Virus record (IMG/VR): IMGVR_UViG_3300028840_001210
Location: 1-59,757 of that record
Length of the DNA: 59,757 nt
Source: a virus
Lineage: Duplodnaviria > Caudoviricetes
Strand: one strand, 5' to 3'
The notes beneath the pieces are model-generated. The model saw only the letters and a program-made list of their open reading frames with translations. It was not told the DNA's origin and did not search any database. This document shows positions 16,030 through 24,701 of the stretch, piece after piece. Position numbers and translations under genes: made by a program. The stretch's first letter is position 1. Each line of letters begins with the position of its first letter.

Positions 16030-19016
16030 TATACACCCACTCCTGACGCTACTGTCTCAAGTATGAATGATCGAAGCTGGCCGACGTCCATGCCATTGTT
16101 GATCGTCTGGCCTCCCATGTTGACTGTGACGCTGCGCGTATTCGTGACTTGCGTCACTGGCGAAGTGACCACAGGCGGCGCTACTGCAGTCATGAGCTGC
16201 GCATTGACTTCTGGCTGCATGGCTGCGACGCCGACTTGGTAGCCTTGCATCGTCTGAGCGCCGATCTCTGCAAAAAGTCGACTCGGCGAGCCGATGCCCA
16301 GAAGGCGCTTTGCTGCAGCGATCGCGTCTGCGATCGTCCCAGTGACGCTGTCGATCAGCGACTGCGCTTTCGCTTTGATCCCAGATGTAAAGCCATCCAT
16401 CAGATCGCCGCCTGCAGTCTTTGCGCCTTCGATAAAGTCTTCGACGCCATCGACTATGTTTTGCCATACTTGCCTGATCGACTCGCCAAAATTCTCGGCA
16501 GCCTGGTTAAAACCATCGACCATGTTTTGCCATAGCTCGCCGAGCGTCTCGCCGCCAGTCTCAAAGTCGCCTGTAAGACCTTCCCAGAACGTCGACCACC
16601 ACTCTTGGACGCCCGACCACCAATCGTCCAAGATGATCATGAACATGTCCCAATTGGCCGACCATTGCTCTTTGACTGCGTCCCAAGACTCACCACCGAG
16701 CGCCTTTGTGATCAGATCAAACAGCTCTATGATGGCGACTTGGATATTGTTGACGACTGTCCAGAGCACAGCCCCCATGGACTCCCAGAGCGACGACCAG
16801 TTACCAGTGGCGACAGCCATGACGATCTCGCTGCCCTCGAGAATGAGATCAAAAAGCCCGTTTATGATCGGCTTGATCACGTCCCACGCTTCTGTCAAGA
16901 TACCAGCGAAAGCTGTCCAGCGCTCTGCCCACTTTGCGATAAAGTCTTGGATCAGTGGACCATTCTCGCTGTACCACTCAGAGAGAAGCAAGAGCTTCTC
17001 AGACAGAAAAGGTATGATCTCTTCTGCGAGCGTGCGCGCAGTCTCTTGGAAAGCTGCGAAAACATTGGTCGCAGTCTCTTGGATGCCGGGCCCGTACTCT
17101 GTCCAAAAGTCCAGAATATTCTGGAAAGCCGCTTGCACGTTCTCGATCGCTGGCTGCAGAGTGCTCGACCAAAAGTCAGAGACCACAGTCATGGCCTCTG
17201 GCCACTTCTCTTGGAGCCACGACCAGATCTCTTTGATCGCTGGTATGGCCGTATCTTGTACCCATGTCGCCAGCTCGCGTATGGCCGGGATCAGCGTGGT
17301 CTGTACCCAAGTCGCTGCAGTGCTCATGGCGGCTGGTAGATCGTTCTGTAGAAACTCTATAAAGTCCCAGACGCGCGCCATGATCGTGTCTTCCTCGAGA
17401 AAGTTATCGAGCATCTCGCCTATCCCAGTCAGAAAGCCGCCACGCGCGAAACCTTTGGAAAACTCAGAGATCAAGAGCTGGCCAAACTCGATCAAGCTCT
17501 GGATCTTTGGGATCAAGTGTTGCTCTAGAAGTGCCGGCAGACGTTGCGCCCACTCGACTATGATCGGCTTTGCAAACTCTAGAAAGTCTTTTAGGAAAGG
17601 CAAGAGCGCGTCGCCGATCGAGAGTCCCATGTCGCGTATGATATTCTTGACTAGCTGCATCTGCGCTTTGAACGTCTGATACCTCTTTTGTGCCTCTTCG
17701 ACTAGCGCAGTATTCTGCGTCCATGCGCTCTCGGCGACGCCGAGCGTCTCGGCCAGTAGCGAGATACTCGTATCTGTGACGCCACTGGCTTTGGAAAGAG
17801 AGATAAAAGAGCGCACGAGTCGCGAGTCGGCCAGCTCTAGATCTTCGAGTATCCCTTTCGCGTCGTCGGCTTTGCCAAGTCCATCGACGAAGAGCCTAAA
17901 AGCCTCGCTTGCGTCTGTCTTGAATAGCTCGACGAAGCGCTCGGCAGTGACGCCAGACACGTCTGCAAAAGTTTTGAGCGCGCCTTGCGCGCCAGTGAGC
18001 TGGCCATGCGAAGCGACCAAGCTGTCGATCGACGCTTCCTGTGCGATAAGTTGCTCTGTCAAGCTCTCGATCTTTAGTCGCTGCGTCTCTTTGGTCGACG
18101 CTTTCGTCTTGTCTGTGTACTCGCTCATGCGAAGCTGTGCAAGATAGAGCTTTTCTTCCAGCTCTTCCCACTTTTGGCGAGCTTTGGCGATCTCTTCTGT
18201 GTTGTCGACGACGCCGCTCGTATTCTGGCGCGCAGCATCGCCCATGGCGAAGAGCACTTTCTGTACTGCAGTACCCCCGGCCTCGGCCTGGACGCCCACA
18301 GACGAAAACGCTGCAGAGATGGCGAGTACTTCGTCTTCTGACAAGCCAGCGATCGCAGCCGCGCCAGCGATGCGCTGGCCAAAGCGCAAGACGTCGTTTT
18401 CTGTCGTGGCGAAGCTATTGCCCAGATCGACGATCGTCGATCCCAAGTTTTCCACGTCTTCTGGCGCTGTCCCCAAGACGTTCATGAACTGGGAGATCAT
18501 GATCGCGCCTTCTTCGCCGAGTATGTTTGTCGTGTCGTTCAGCATCGCGATCACGCGCGTCGTGGCGACTATGTTTTCCTCTGCCACGCCGAGCTGGCCG
18601 AGCACTTCGCCAAAGCCGAGTAGCTCTTCTGTGGTTAGTGGGATCTCATACGTCAGATCGCGAAACTGGCGCTTGATCGCTTCGCCCGCTTCTGTGAGGT
18701 TTCCTTCGTCGTCTGTCAGTCCATCGACTGTTTTACTCAGACCAGCGAAAGCGCTCTCGACCTCGATCGCAGTGTTCACACTGACAGCGCTGATCGTCCC
18801 CACAGCGCCAGCGATCGCTGTCCCTGCAGTCAGAGCGATCTTTGCTGCAGTCTGAAAAGCGCTAGTGATGATACCCCCTAGCCTGTTCATGACGCCGGCA
18901 GTGGTCGACGTGAGCTTCGACATAGCGCCCACCTCACGCTTGTATGTCGAAGCGCCACGCATGAAGCCAGCCATCTCCATGACAGCTTCCAGCCCGATCT
19001 TTTCGCTCGTGCTCAT
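16029..19016 (-). CDS. Tape measure protein (TP901-like core)
   Basis: GQLGV, LGNSFATTE, AEAGGTA motifs; Trp-periodic helical repeats. Confidence 0.92.
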   Translation of the reverse strand: MSTSEKIGLEAVMEMAGFMRGASTYKREVGAMSKLTSTTAGVMNRLGGIITSAFQTAAKIALTAGTAIAGAVGTISAVSVNTAIEVESAFAGLSKTVDGLTDDEGNLTEAGEAIKRQFRDLTYEIPLTTEELLGFGEVLGQLGVAEENIVATTRVIAMLNDTTNILGEEGAIMISQFMNVLGTAPEDVENLGSTIVDLGNSFATTENDVLRFGQRIAGAAAIAGLSEDEVLAISAAFSSVGVQAEAGGTAVQKVLFAMGDAARQNTSGVVDNTEEIAKARQKWEELEEKLYLAQLRMSEYTDKTKASTKETQRLKIESLTEQLIAQEASIDSLVASHGQLTGAQGALKTFADVSGVTAERFVELFKTDASEAFRLFVDGLGKADDAKGILEDLELADSRLVRSFISLSKASGVTDTSISLLAETLGVAESAWTQNTALVEEAQKRYQTFKAQMQLVKNIIRDMGLSIGDALLPFLKDFLEFAKPIIVEWAQRLPALLEQHLIPKIQSLIEFGQLLISEFSKGFARGGFLTGIGEMLDNFLEEDTIMARVWDFIEFLQNDLPAAMSTAATWVQTTLIPAIRELATWVQDTAIPAIKEIWSWLQEKWPEAMTVVSDFWSSTLQPAIENVQAAFQNILDFWTEYGPGIQETATNVFAAFQETARTLAEEIIPFLSEKLLLLSEWYSENGPLIQDFIAKWAERWTAFAGILTEAWDVIKPIINGLFDLILEGSEIVMAVATGNWSSLWESMGAVLWTVVNNIQVAIIELFDLITKALGGESWDAVKEQWSANWDMFMIILDDWWSGVQEWWSTFWEGLTGDFETGGETLGELWQNMVDGFNQAAENFGESIRQVWQNIVDGVEDFIEGAKTAGGDLMDGFTSGIKAKAQSLIDSVTGTIADAIAAAKRLLGIGSPSRLFAEIGAQTMQGYQVGVAAMQPEVNAQLMTAVAPPVVTSPVTQVTNTRSVTVNMGGQTINNGMDVGQLRSFILETVASGVGV

Positions 19017-19045
19017 TACGCAGTACTCCCTTGGAGAGCTTTACC

Positions 19046-19355
19046 TCATAAGAGATCGTCGTCTGGCACTGGATCGAGTCCCTTGGCCAGTCGATCAGCT
19101 TGTTTCTGGCGAAGTGTGTTCTCTACGTCTTGCATCATGTACCACTCGCGCGTCCACTCCAAAAGCTCGGCCTGTTGCATCTCTGTGAGATCTTCCCAGT
19201 TATCGACAGCGTACGGTTTATAGTGCCACAAGAAACAGATCGTTAGCTCGCTAAATCTCGGGTGATGCGTCCATCTTGCTGGTTTCAGATTTAATCGTTC
19301 CTTGCACTCTCTCAGCGACAGATCTCCCGATCCTGTCCAGCGTACCGCGAAAAAA
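19046..19355 (-). CDS. Tail assembly chaperone frameshift extension (T-like)
   Basis: Open frame +1 relative to the chaperone, beginning at TTT TTT C (19355-19349), directly before the tape measure. Confidence 0.65.
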
Positions 19356-19883
19356 CGTCTCGAAAGTTTCGACAGCCTCCTGACTGATCCCACGTATGGA
19401 AGCTGTACGCACTGCAGCCATGAAGCCGATCCAGTCAGCTGCAGTATAGAAACATTCGTCTTGTAAGTACTCGTACTTGAGATCGATCGCGTTTTCTGGC
19501 AAGTCAGCGCCAAAGGCCTCTTGCATCTCGATCCAGTCGTCTGGTACGTCGAGCTGTACAGCGCGCACGATCATGGCTTTGGTTTGCTTGAGTGTGATCT
19601 CGTTTGCCATGCGATCTTGACAGTCGAGATACGCAGCCCATGCGGCCTTCTCTTCGTCTGTTGTGCTTTCGTCGGCGATCGAGTCTTCGTCGTGATAGAA
19701 GCTGTCTTTGCCTACTTTGTACGCTGGCGCGTCGACTTGCTCTTCTCGCTCTTCGTACTCGCGCCGGATCCGCGTGGCGATGCGCGCGAGAAACGACTCA
19801 TGCACTGCGCGATATGGGATCTCGCGTCCATCTTCGTTTGTGTAGATCAGTGGCCCGGTTCTTGTTTTCGTGTCTTCGCTCAT
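19251..19883 (-). CDS. Tail assembly chaperone (G-like)
   Basis: Acidic protein between tail tube and tape measure; AAGGGGG SD. Confidence 0.75.
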   Translation of the reverse strand: MSEDTKTRTGPLIYTNEDGREIPYRAVHESFLARIATRIRREYEEREEQVDAPAYKVGKDSFYHDEDSIADESTTDEEKAAWAAYLDCQDRMANEITLKQTKAMIVRAVQLDVPDDWIEMQEAFGADLPENAIDLKYEYLQDECFYTAADWIGFMAAVRTASIRGISQEAVETFETFFRGTLDRIGRSVAERVQGTIKSETSKMDASPEI

Positions 19884-19893
19884 GTTCGTATTG

Positions 19894-19978
19894 CCCCCTT
19901 GTTAAAATGGTCGCCGCCACGTGAAGGGGGGGAACACGCAGCGGACGACCATACTTTTAGAGTAAAAGCGACCCCCTT
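19894..19978 (-). promoter_or_regulatory. Structured RNA element with anti-SD loop upstream of the chaperone
   Basis: Stem 19952-19907 with UUCCCCCCCUU loop, flanked by two ACAAGGGGG copies. Confidence 0.6.
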
Positions 19979-19984
19979 GTCGAT

Positions 19985-21493
19985 CTAGCCGCCCATGCCG
20001 ACGTTGGCGATCATGGCTGTCGTGCCTTGCACTTCGCCAACAGTCTTGGCCTGGTTACAGTCGCAGACTGCGATCGCGTTTAGGCCAGCGTTTGTGGGCA
20101 TTTGTGCGACCTGTCGCCAGTCATACCCTCCATTGACGGTATGGAAGACGCGCCCCACTGGCGCGGCTGTGTTGTGGACCAAGTACCCACAGAACAGATT
20201 GTAAGGCGACGTTTCGACAAACTCGATGTCGACGACTTCGCCAGCGCCAGACCCTGAGAAAGTGACCAGCGTCATGGCTGTCTCGCCAGCGTCGATCGTC
20301 TTGTACAGATTGCCCGAGCCTGTCCCGATCCACCATCGGCAGTCTGTCAGCGCTGCGACGCAGTACAGATCGTCGCCGCTTCCAGTGACGTTGTCGGGTA
20401 CATACCAGTTTACACCACCGTCGATCGTCACCAAGATCGTGTCGTTGTCGCCGACCACAACCAAGTGGTTTTCATCTGGACCATGGATCATGTTGAGATC
20501 CTCAGTCGTCAAGATGGCGTCATGTACTACTGTCCAGCTCTCGCCGCCATTGGTCGACTGCGCGATCCCTCCCCCGGTGAGCACACACCACACGTTATGC
20601 GGATCGAGTGCGAAAAGCCCACCTTGGCGAGCCACGTACTGGCCGAGCGTCGCGCCGACATTGACCAGATTCCACGTCGCGCCATTGTCGTCGCTATATG
20701 CGATCTCTGCTGGATTGGCTGCGTCTGTCGTACCTCGAGCGACGATCACTCTCATGGTTTCGTCGTCGATCTGGACGCGCACGATCGAGCTTATGATCTC
20801 GTCAGTGGCGAAGGGATTGGCGGCGCCTGCAGTCCAGTCTGTTGCTTTCGTCTTGAAAAGCACATCGGCCAGACTCGACGCGCTGCCTGGCACTGGATCG
20901 CCAGCGGCTGCACCGTCTTCGCAAACGCCCTTCGCGCCCCCGCACTCATCCCAACATGCCATGGCATTGCCAAAGTCAATGTCGTTTAGCGCTTCCGTCT
21001 CTGTGGTCTCTTCTCTCGAAGCGACCAAGCGAAAGTACTTTAACCAAGTACTAGAGCTGATGTCGAACGATTGCATGCTCATGTCTTGGTTTTCAGCGTC
21101 TTTCGCGTACAGATTCGAGAGCGTCTCGCCAGTGATGCGCGCAGTAGGCAAGAGCCAGCCACGCGTATACCCTGGGAAGACGTCGCGCCGGCCTTTCTTG
21201 TACTTGTTGACATACAAAGGCGCGCCACACTCGACGACTCTTTCGAGCCAGTCCATGAACTCTTCGACGTCGGCCTCGACTGACGTCGTGACTGCTGTCG
21301 GCGCTCCCTGAAACTCTGCGCTCACGTACCAGCTATTGATCATGCTCAAGTCTGGACAAAAGCGCACAGTGACGTCACCTCTCGGAGCCGACAGATCCCC
21401 CAAGTTGTGACAGCCCAATGGGTATAGTTTCGTCCCGGGCCCGTCTGGCTGTATCCACAAGATACCATCGCCAGCCTTGTGCTTGTAGCTCAT
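19985..21493 (-). CDS. Major tail tube protein with C-terminal BNR/Asp-box propeller
   Basis: Position before the chaperone; SDDNGATW, STNGGESW, TIDGGVNW, TVNGGYDW repeats. Confidence 0.7.
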   Translation of the reverse strand: MSYKHKAGDGILWIQPDGPGTKLYPLGCHNLGDLSAPRGDVTVRFCPDLSMINSWYVSAEFQGAPTAVTTSVEADVEEFMDWLERVVECGAPLYVNKYKKGRRDVFPGYTRGWLLPTARITGETLSNLYAKDAENQDMSMQSFDISSSTWLKYFRLVASREETTETEALNDIDFGNAMACWDECGGAKGVCEDGAAAGDPVPGSASSLADVLFKTKATDWTAGAANPFATDEIISSIVRVQIDDETMRVIVARGTTDAANPAEIAYSDDNGATWNLVNVGATLGQYVARQGGLFALDPHNVWCVLTGGGIAQSTNGGESWTVVHDAILTTEDLNMIHGPDENHLVVVGDNDTILVTIDGGVNWYVPDNVTGSGDDLYCVAALTDCRWWIGTGSGNLYKTIDAGETAMTLVTFSGSGAGEVVDIEFVETSPYNLFCGYLVHNTAAPVGRVFHTVNGGYDWRQVAQMPTNAGLNAIAVCDCNQAKTVGEVQGTTAMIANVGMGG

Positions 21494-21517
21494 GGTTAAC
21501 CTCCCATGCTATGCTTG

Positions 21518-21937
21518 CTACTTGTGACCACGAGCCGCACGCAGCACGCGAGCGATCTCTGGCTCGAAAGCCAGCATGAACGCTTTGCGCAGCCTGTGAT
21601 AGTTGCTCGTGACGTCTTTCGCCGATATGATACCAAGCTCTAGCTGTGCGCGAGCGAAGCGAGATCGAACGCCAGCCACGTCGATCATGCTTGCCCATAG
21701 AGTCAGTACGATTGCTTGATCCAGTACTCGCTGTGCGACTTTGCCTTCTTTGATCGCGTCCAGCGCCACGCTGCAGCCGACAGTACCTTCGTCGCCATCG
21801 TACACGACGATCGCGACGTCGCCTTCTACACGCATGACCTCGACGTCGACCCACTCGCAGTGATCGCCCTCTTGCTGTCCATCTCGCAAGTAGTCGAAAC
21901 TCGTTAAAACGTCCAGATCTTGTGTCTCTTTGTCCAT
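21518..21937 (-). CDS. Hypothetical protein (morphogenesis operon)
   Basis: GAGGTG SD. Confidence 0.6.
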   Translation of the reverse strand: MDKETQDLDVLTSFDYLRDGQQEGDHCEWVDVEVMRVEGDVAIVVYDGDEGTVGCSVALDAIKEGKVAQRVLDQAIVLTLWASMIDVAGVRSRFARAQLELGIISAKDVTSNYHRLRKAFMLAFEPEIARVLRAARGHK

Positions 21938-21945
21938 TGCTCACC

Positions 21946-22515
21946 TCACATGAATGGTATCTTGCCTGTGCGACGATAGCGCTGCACGCGCCTCTTTAGT
22001 ACTGGATTCATGAGATAGCCGCCAAAAGGAACAGAGATCGCGAGCTGCATTCGTTTCTTGATCTCTGGTCGCCACTTCTCTGCGATCACCTTGTCAAAGT
22101 GTCGGCCCTCGAAGCCTTTCGCAGTGATCTGCGTATACACGAAGACCAGCTCGCCACGCGAGCCGCCCTCTGTTGGCTCTAGATCTCCAAGTCGCAAGCG
22201 ATTCGGCCATGTCTTTGCGTCGTACCCACTTGGAAAGACCAAGAGCCCTGGACCGTCTTTAGGGATCTTGTACCCACCTTTGACGCCCTTTGTCAGACGC
22301 TTGTAATTGACGTCTGACGTCGTGACGCTGATCGTCACCTTTCGCGATGTGACCAGACCACGCTTTCGGAACTTTGGCCGATTGCGAAAAGTCTTCGTCG
22401 TCGTGTCGAAGTCGCTGCGCACGTCTGTCGCTGTCTCGCTGGCCATAAAGCGCAACGACGATTCGAGCCAGTCGAGATCAATGTCTGTTGGTAGTATCTC
22501 TGTGACCTTGAACAC
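21946..22515 (-). CDS. Neck / tail-completion protein
   Basis: Basic protein after the adaptor; GTG start after GAGGTG. Confidence 0.5.
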   Translation of the reverse strand: MFKVTEILPTDIDLDWLESSLRFMASETATDVRSDFDTTTKTFRNRPKFRKRGLVTSRKVTISVTTSDVNYKRLTKGVKGGYKIPKDGPGLLVFPSGYDAKTWPNRLRLGDLEPTEGGSRGELVFVYTQITAKGFEGRHFDKVIAEKWRPEIKKRMQLAISVPFGGYLMNPVLKRRVQRYRRTGKIPFM

Positions 22516-22528
22516 GTTACACCTCGAG

Positions 22529-23608
22529 CTATAGCTCGCTGATTCTGCGCAGTCGCATGTTTTGCGCTTTGACATACACGTCCCATGCGCCATCGCTCAC
22601 ACCAAAAGGACAGCGCTCGCGCTCGTTTGACACGTTGTCTGGTACGTTTCTCGCGCCTGTCCACATGTTTTGGAGCCATTCGTCGCTGGCGCATGGCGGC
22701 TGTGGGATCTTGACCAGCGCGAGCTTGACGATCATGTGCTCTTGCTCGTTTGTCAGCGTTTCCAGTCCGGACAAGTACGACAGACGTATCGACTCTGGAC
22801 AGCACCGACACAGCGAAGAGCTGCGCGTCCATGCGCCAACCGAGTACGTCGCGAGATGCGTCTCCCAAGACCCCAAACGCGCGCTTCTGATACGCATGCA
22901 CGCGTCGCGCTCTGTCGAGCTGCAGCTCGCGCACGAGCACGTCGAGCCACTCCCATACACATACACGCCATTGGTACTGGGATCGTTGTACTCGCGCTTT
23001 ATGTCGACGTTGTCGACAAAGTTGGCGAGCGTGGCATAGTCGACGCCAGAGCGCTCTGGCTCTTTGACAGTCTCTTGCGCTGCCTCTGTGACCAGCCGAC
23101 AGCGCGGTATGTGTATGGTCAGCGTGCCAGCGCTGATCGAGACATAGCTCGGCGAGATGCGCGCGTCGCCGCTCGGATAATAGACCATGACTTCGTCTTC
23201 GTCTGTGAACGTCACACCTGGCACGGTAAAGACCATGGGATCGACGCTCTTGTCGACTGGCGCGTGCGCGAGAGAGACGTCGTCGACAGCTCGCACGCCG
23301 GCAGCTATCAAGCGACCACGCTTCGACCAGACTGGCTGTCGAAAGAAAGTAGACTCGATCGCCCATGTGGGTTTCCAGTAATAGCGCGTCAAGTCTTCCA
23401 GCTCGACCTGGCTGTCGCGCAGCGCTCGCGCGAGCGTGTCGCGATCGCTCTTTGTCCACATGTCGAGCCCTGGATAGTTGGGATCGCTCGTGTTGGTCAC
23501 TCCCCAGAAAGAGCACTCTGGGATCTGCGCGAGCTGCGCAAAGCGCGCCAAAGGGACAGCGAGATCAAAGTCTGCGAGTGTGTCTTCTGTTGGAACGACG
23601 ATCGCCAT
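22529..23608 (-). CDS. Head-tail adaptor-like protein
   Basis: Position between capsid and tail genes; IRLSYLSG motif. Confidence 0.55.
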   Translation of the reverse strand: MAIVVPTEDTLADFDLAVPLARFAQLAQIPECSFWGVTNTSDPNYPGLDMWTKSDRDTLARALRDSQVELEDLTRYYWKPTWAIESTFFRQPVWSKRGRLIAAGVRAVDDVSLAHAPVDKSVDPMVFTVPGVTFTDEDEVMVYYPSGDARISPSYVSISAGTLTIHIPRCRLVTEAAQETVKEPERSGVDYATLANFVDNVDIKREYNDPSTNGVYVYGSGSTCSCASCSSTERDACMRIRSARLGSWETHLATYSVGAWTRSSSLCRCCPESIRLSYLSGLETLTNEQEHMIVKLALVKIPQPPCASDEWLQNMWTGARNVPDNVSNERERCPFGVSDGAWDVYVKAQNMRLRRISEL

Positions 23609-23620
23609 GTCTGTCCCCTT

Positions 23621-24355
23621 CTATGTCTTGGTGTACTCTAGATCACTGCCAAAGCCATCGCGCCGCAAGTGGACGTCAAACTCTTTCGCGAACGCGTCGC
23701 CGACAAGTGGATCAGCGCCAGCGAAAAGACCAGACGCGTTTGTCGTGTCTCTGTAGATATGGACGTCGAGAAAAGCCGACACGCCAGTCAGAGAGCTGGC
23801 GTCGATGTCGGCCAAGTCGGAGATCTGCATGATCGGTGACGCTGCGTATGCAAACTTGAGATCGATGTACTTGGCAAGAGTGAAAGCGCCTGTGTGGTCT
23901 TCGCCGTTATCATAGATGCGCCAGCCGATCAGCCAGTTTGGTACGTCTGCGCTCTCTTGTCCCCAGTGCAAGTGGAGATCAAGATCGTCACCTTGCGACC
24001 AGTCATGATCGAGCTGGATCGTCAGCGCGACAAAGTCGTCTGGATATTGCGCATTGTCTTGGAAGTCGACGCCGATTTTATCAAAGTTATAGTCGATGCG
24101 CCCGGCTGGCGTCGTCAAGCGCTCACCGATCAGTGGTCGCAATTCGTCATGCCACGCGCGCGCAGCGCCATACAAGCGCAAGATACCATTTTCGTCGATG
24201 TACAGATAGTCGCCGCCAGCGACGTCGCCGACTTTCAGATCGGACAGCTCAGAGATCGAGAGCTGCAGCTCGGACAAGTTGACGATCCGCACTGGCGTCG
24301 ATGGCCCTGGATCGTCGCAGCCTACCAGCCGCACTGGTACAGATGGACCTGTCAT
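23621..24355 (-). CDS. Putative virion structural protein
   Basis: Beta-rich acidic ORF in the head-neck region. Confidence 0.5.
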   Translation of the reverse strand: MTGPSVPVRLVGCDDPGPSTPVRIVNLSELQLSISELSDLKVGDVAGGDYLYIDENGILRLYGAARAWHDELRPLIGERLTTPAGRIDYNFDKIGVDFQDNAQYPDDFVALTIQLDHDWSQGDDLDLHLHWGQESADVPNWLIGWRIYDNGEDHTGAFTLAKYIDLKFAYAASPIMQISDLADIDASSLTGVSAFLDVHIYRDTTNASGLFAGADPLVGDAFAKEFDVHLRRDGFGSDLEYTKT

Positions 24356-24356
24356 T

Positions 24357-24701
24357 TTATACCTTCCATGTGCGCCAGCGTATAAAATACCATGCAGCAC
24401 CTGACACGCCAGCGACAAGCACCAAAACATGAGCGACAGTCATACTCGACAAAACGCAGAGAGAAAAGAGAAGCGCGAACCATGGCGACACGCAGAAAGG
24501 GCACGTCAGAGCGCGCCCGATCTCAGTCTTTGCCACTGGCATGCCATCTGGACCGCGTTGATCTCTGTATTCGTAACAACCAGCCGCGACGCGCAGTCGC
24601 TGCATAATCCCCCATGGGCCATCTTCGACGACTACAAACCAAGACGCACGCACTGTCGCCAGTGCTGCAGCCAGCCACAAGATCCACTCTGGTACGTTCA
24701 T
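24357..24701 (-). CDS. DUF1360-like membrane protein
   Basis: LATVR..W, LTCPFCVSPW, TM helices. Confidence 0.7.
   Translation of the reverse strand: MNVPEWILWLAAALATVRASWFVVVEDGPWGIMQRLRVAAGCYEYRDQRGPDGMPVAKTEIGRALTCPFCVSPWFALLFSLCVLSSMTVAHVLVLVAGVSGAAWYFIRWRTWKV

Noticed and set aside
16294-18855. Long plus-strand ORFs opposite the tape measure (and similar shadow ORFs elsewhere)
   Set aside because: Ser/Arg-rich antisense shadows of real genes in GC-rich DNA, without SDs or motifs
19884-19984. tRNA in the structured intergenic gap
   Set aside because: No cloverleaf or TTC-loop; I saw no tRNA anywhere, though no scan was run
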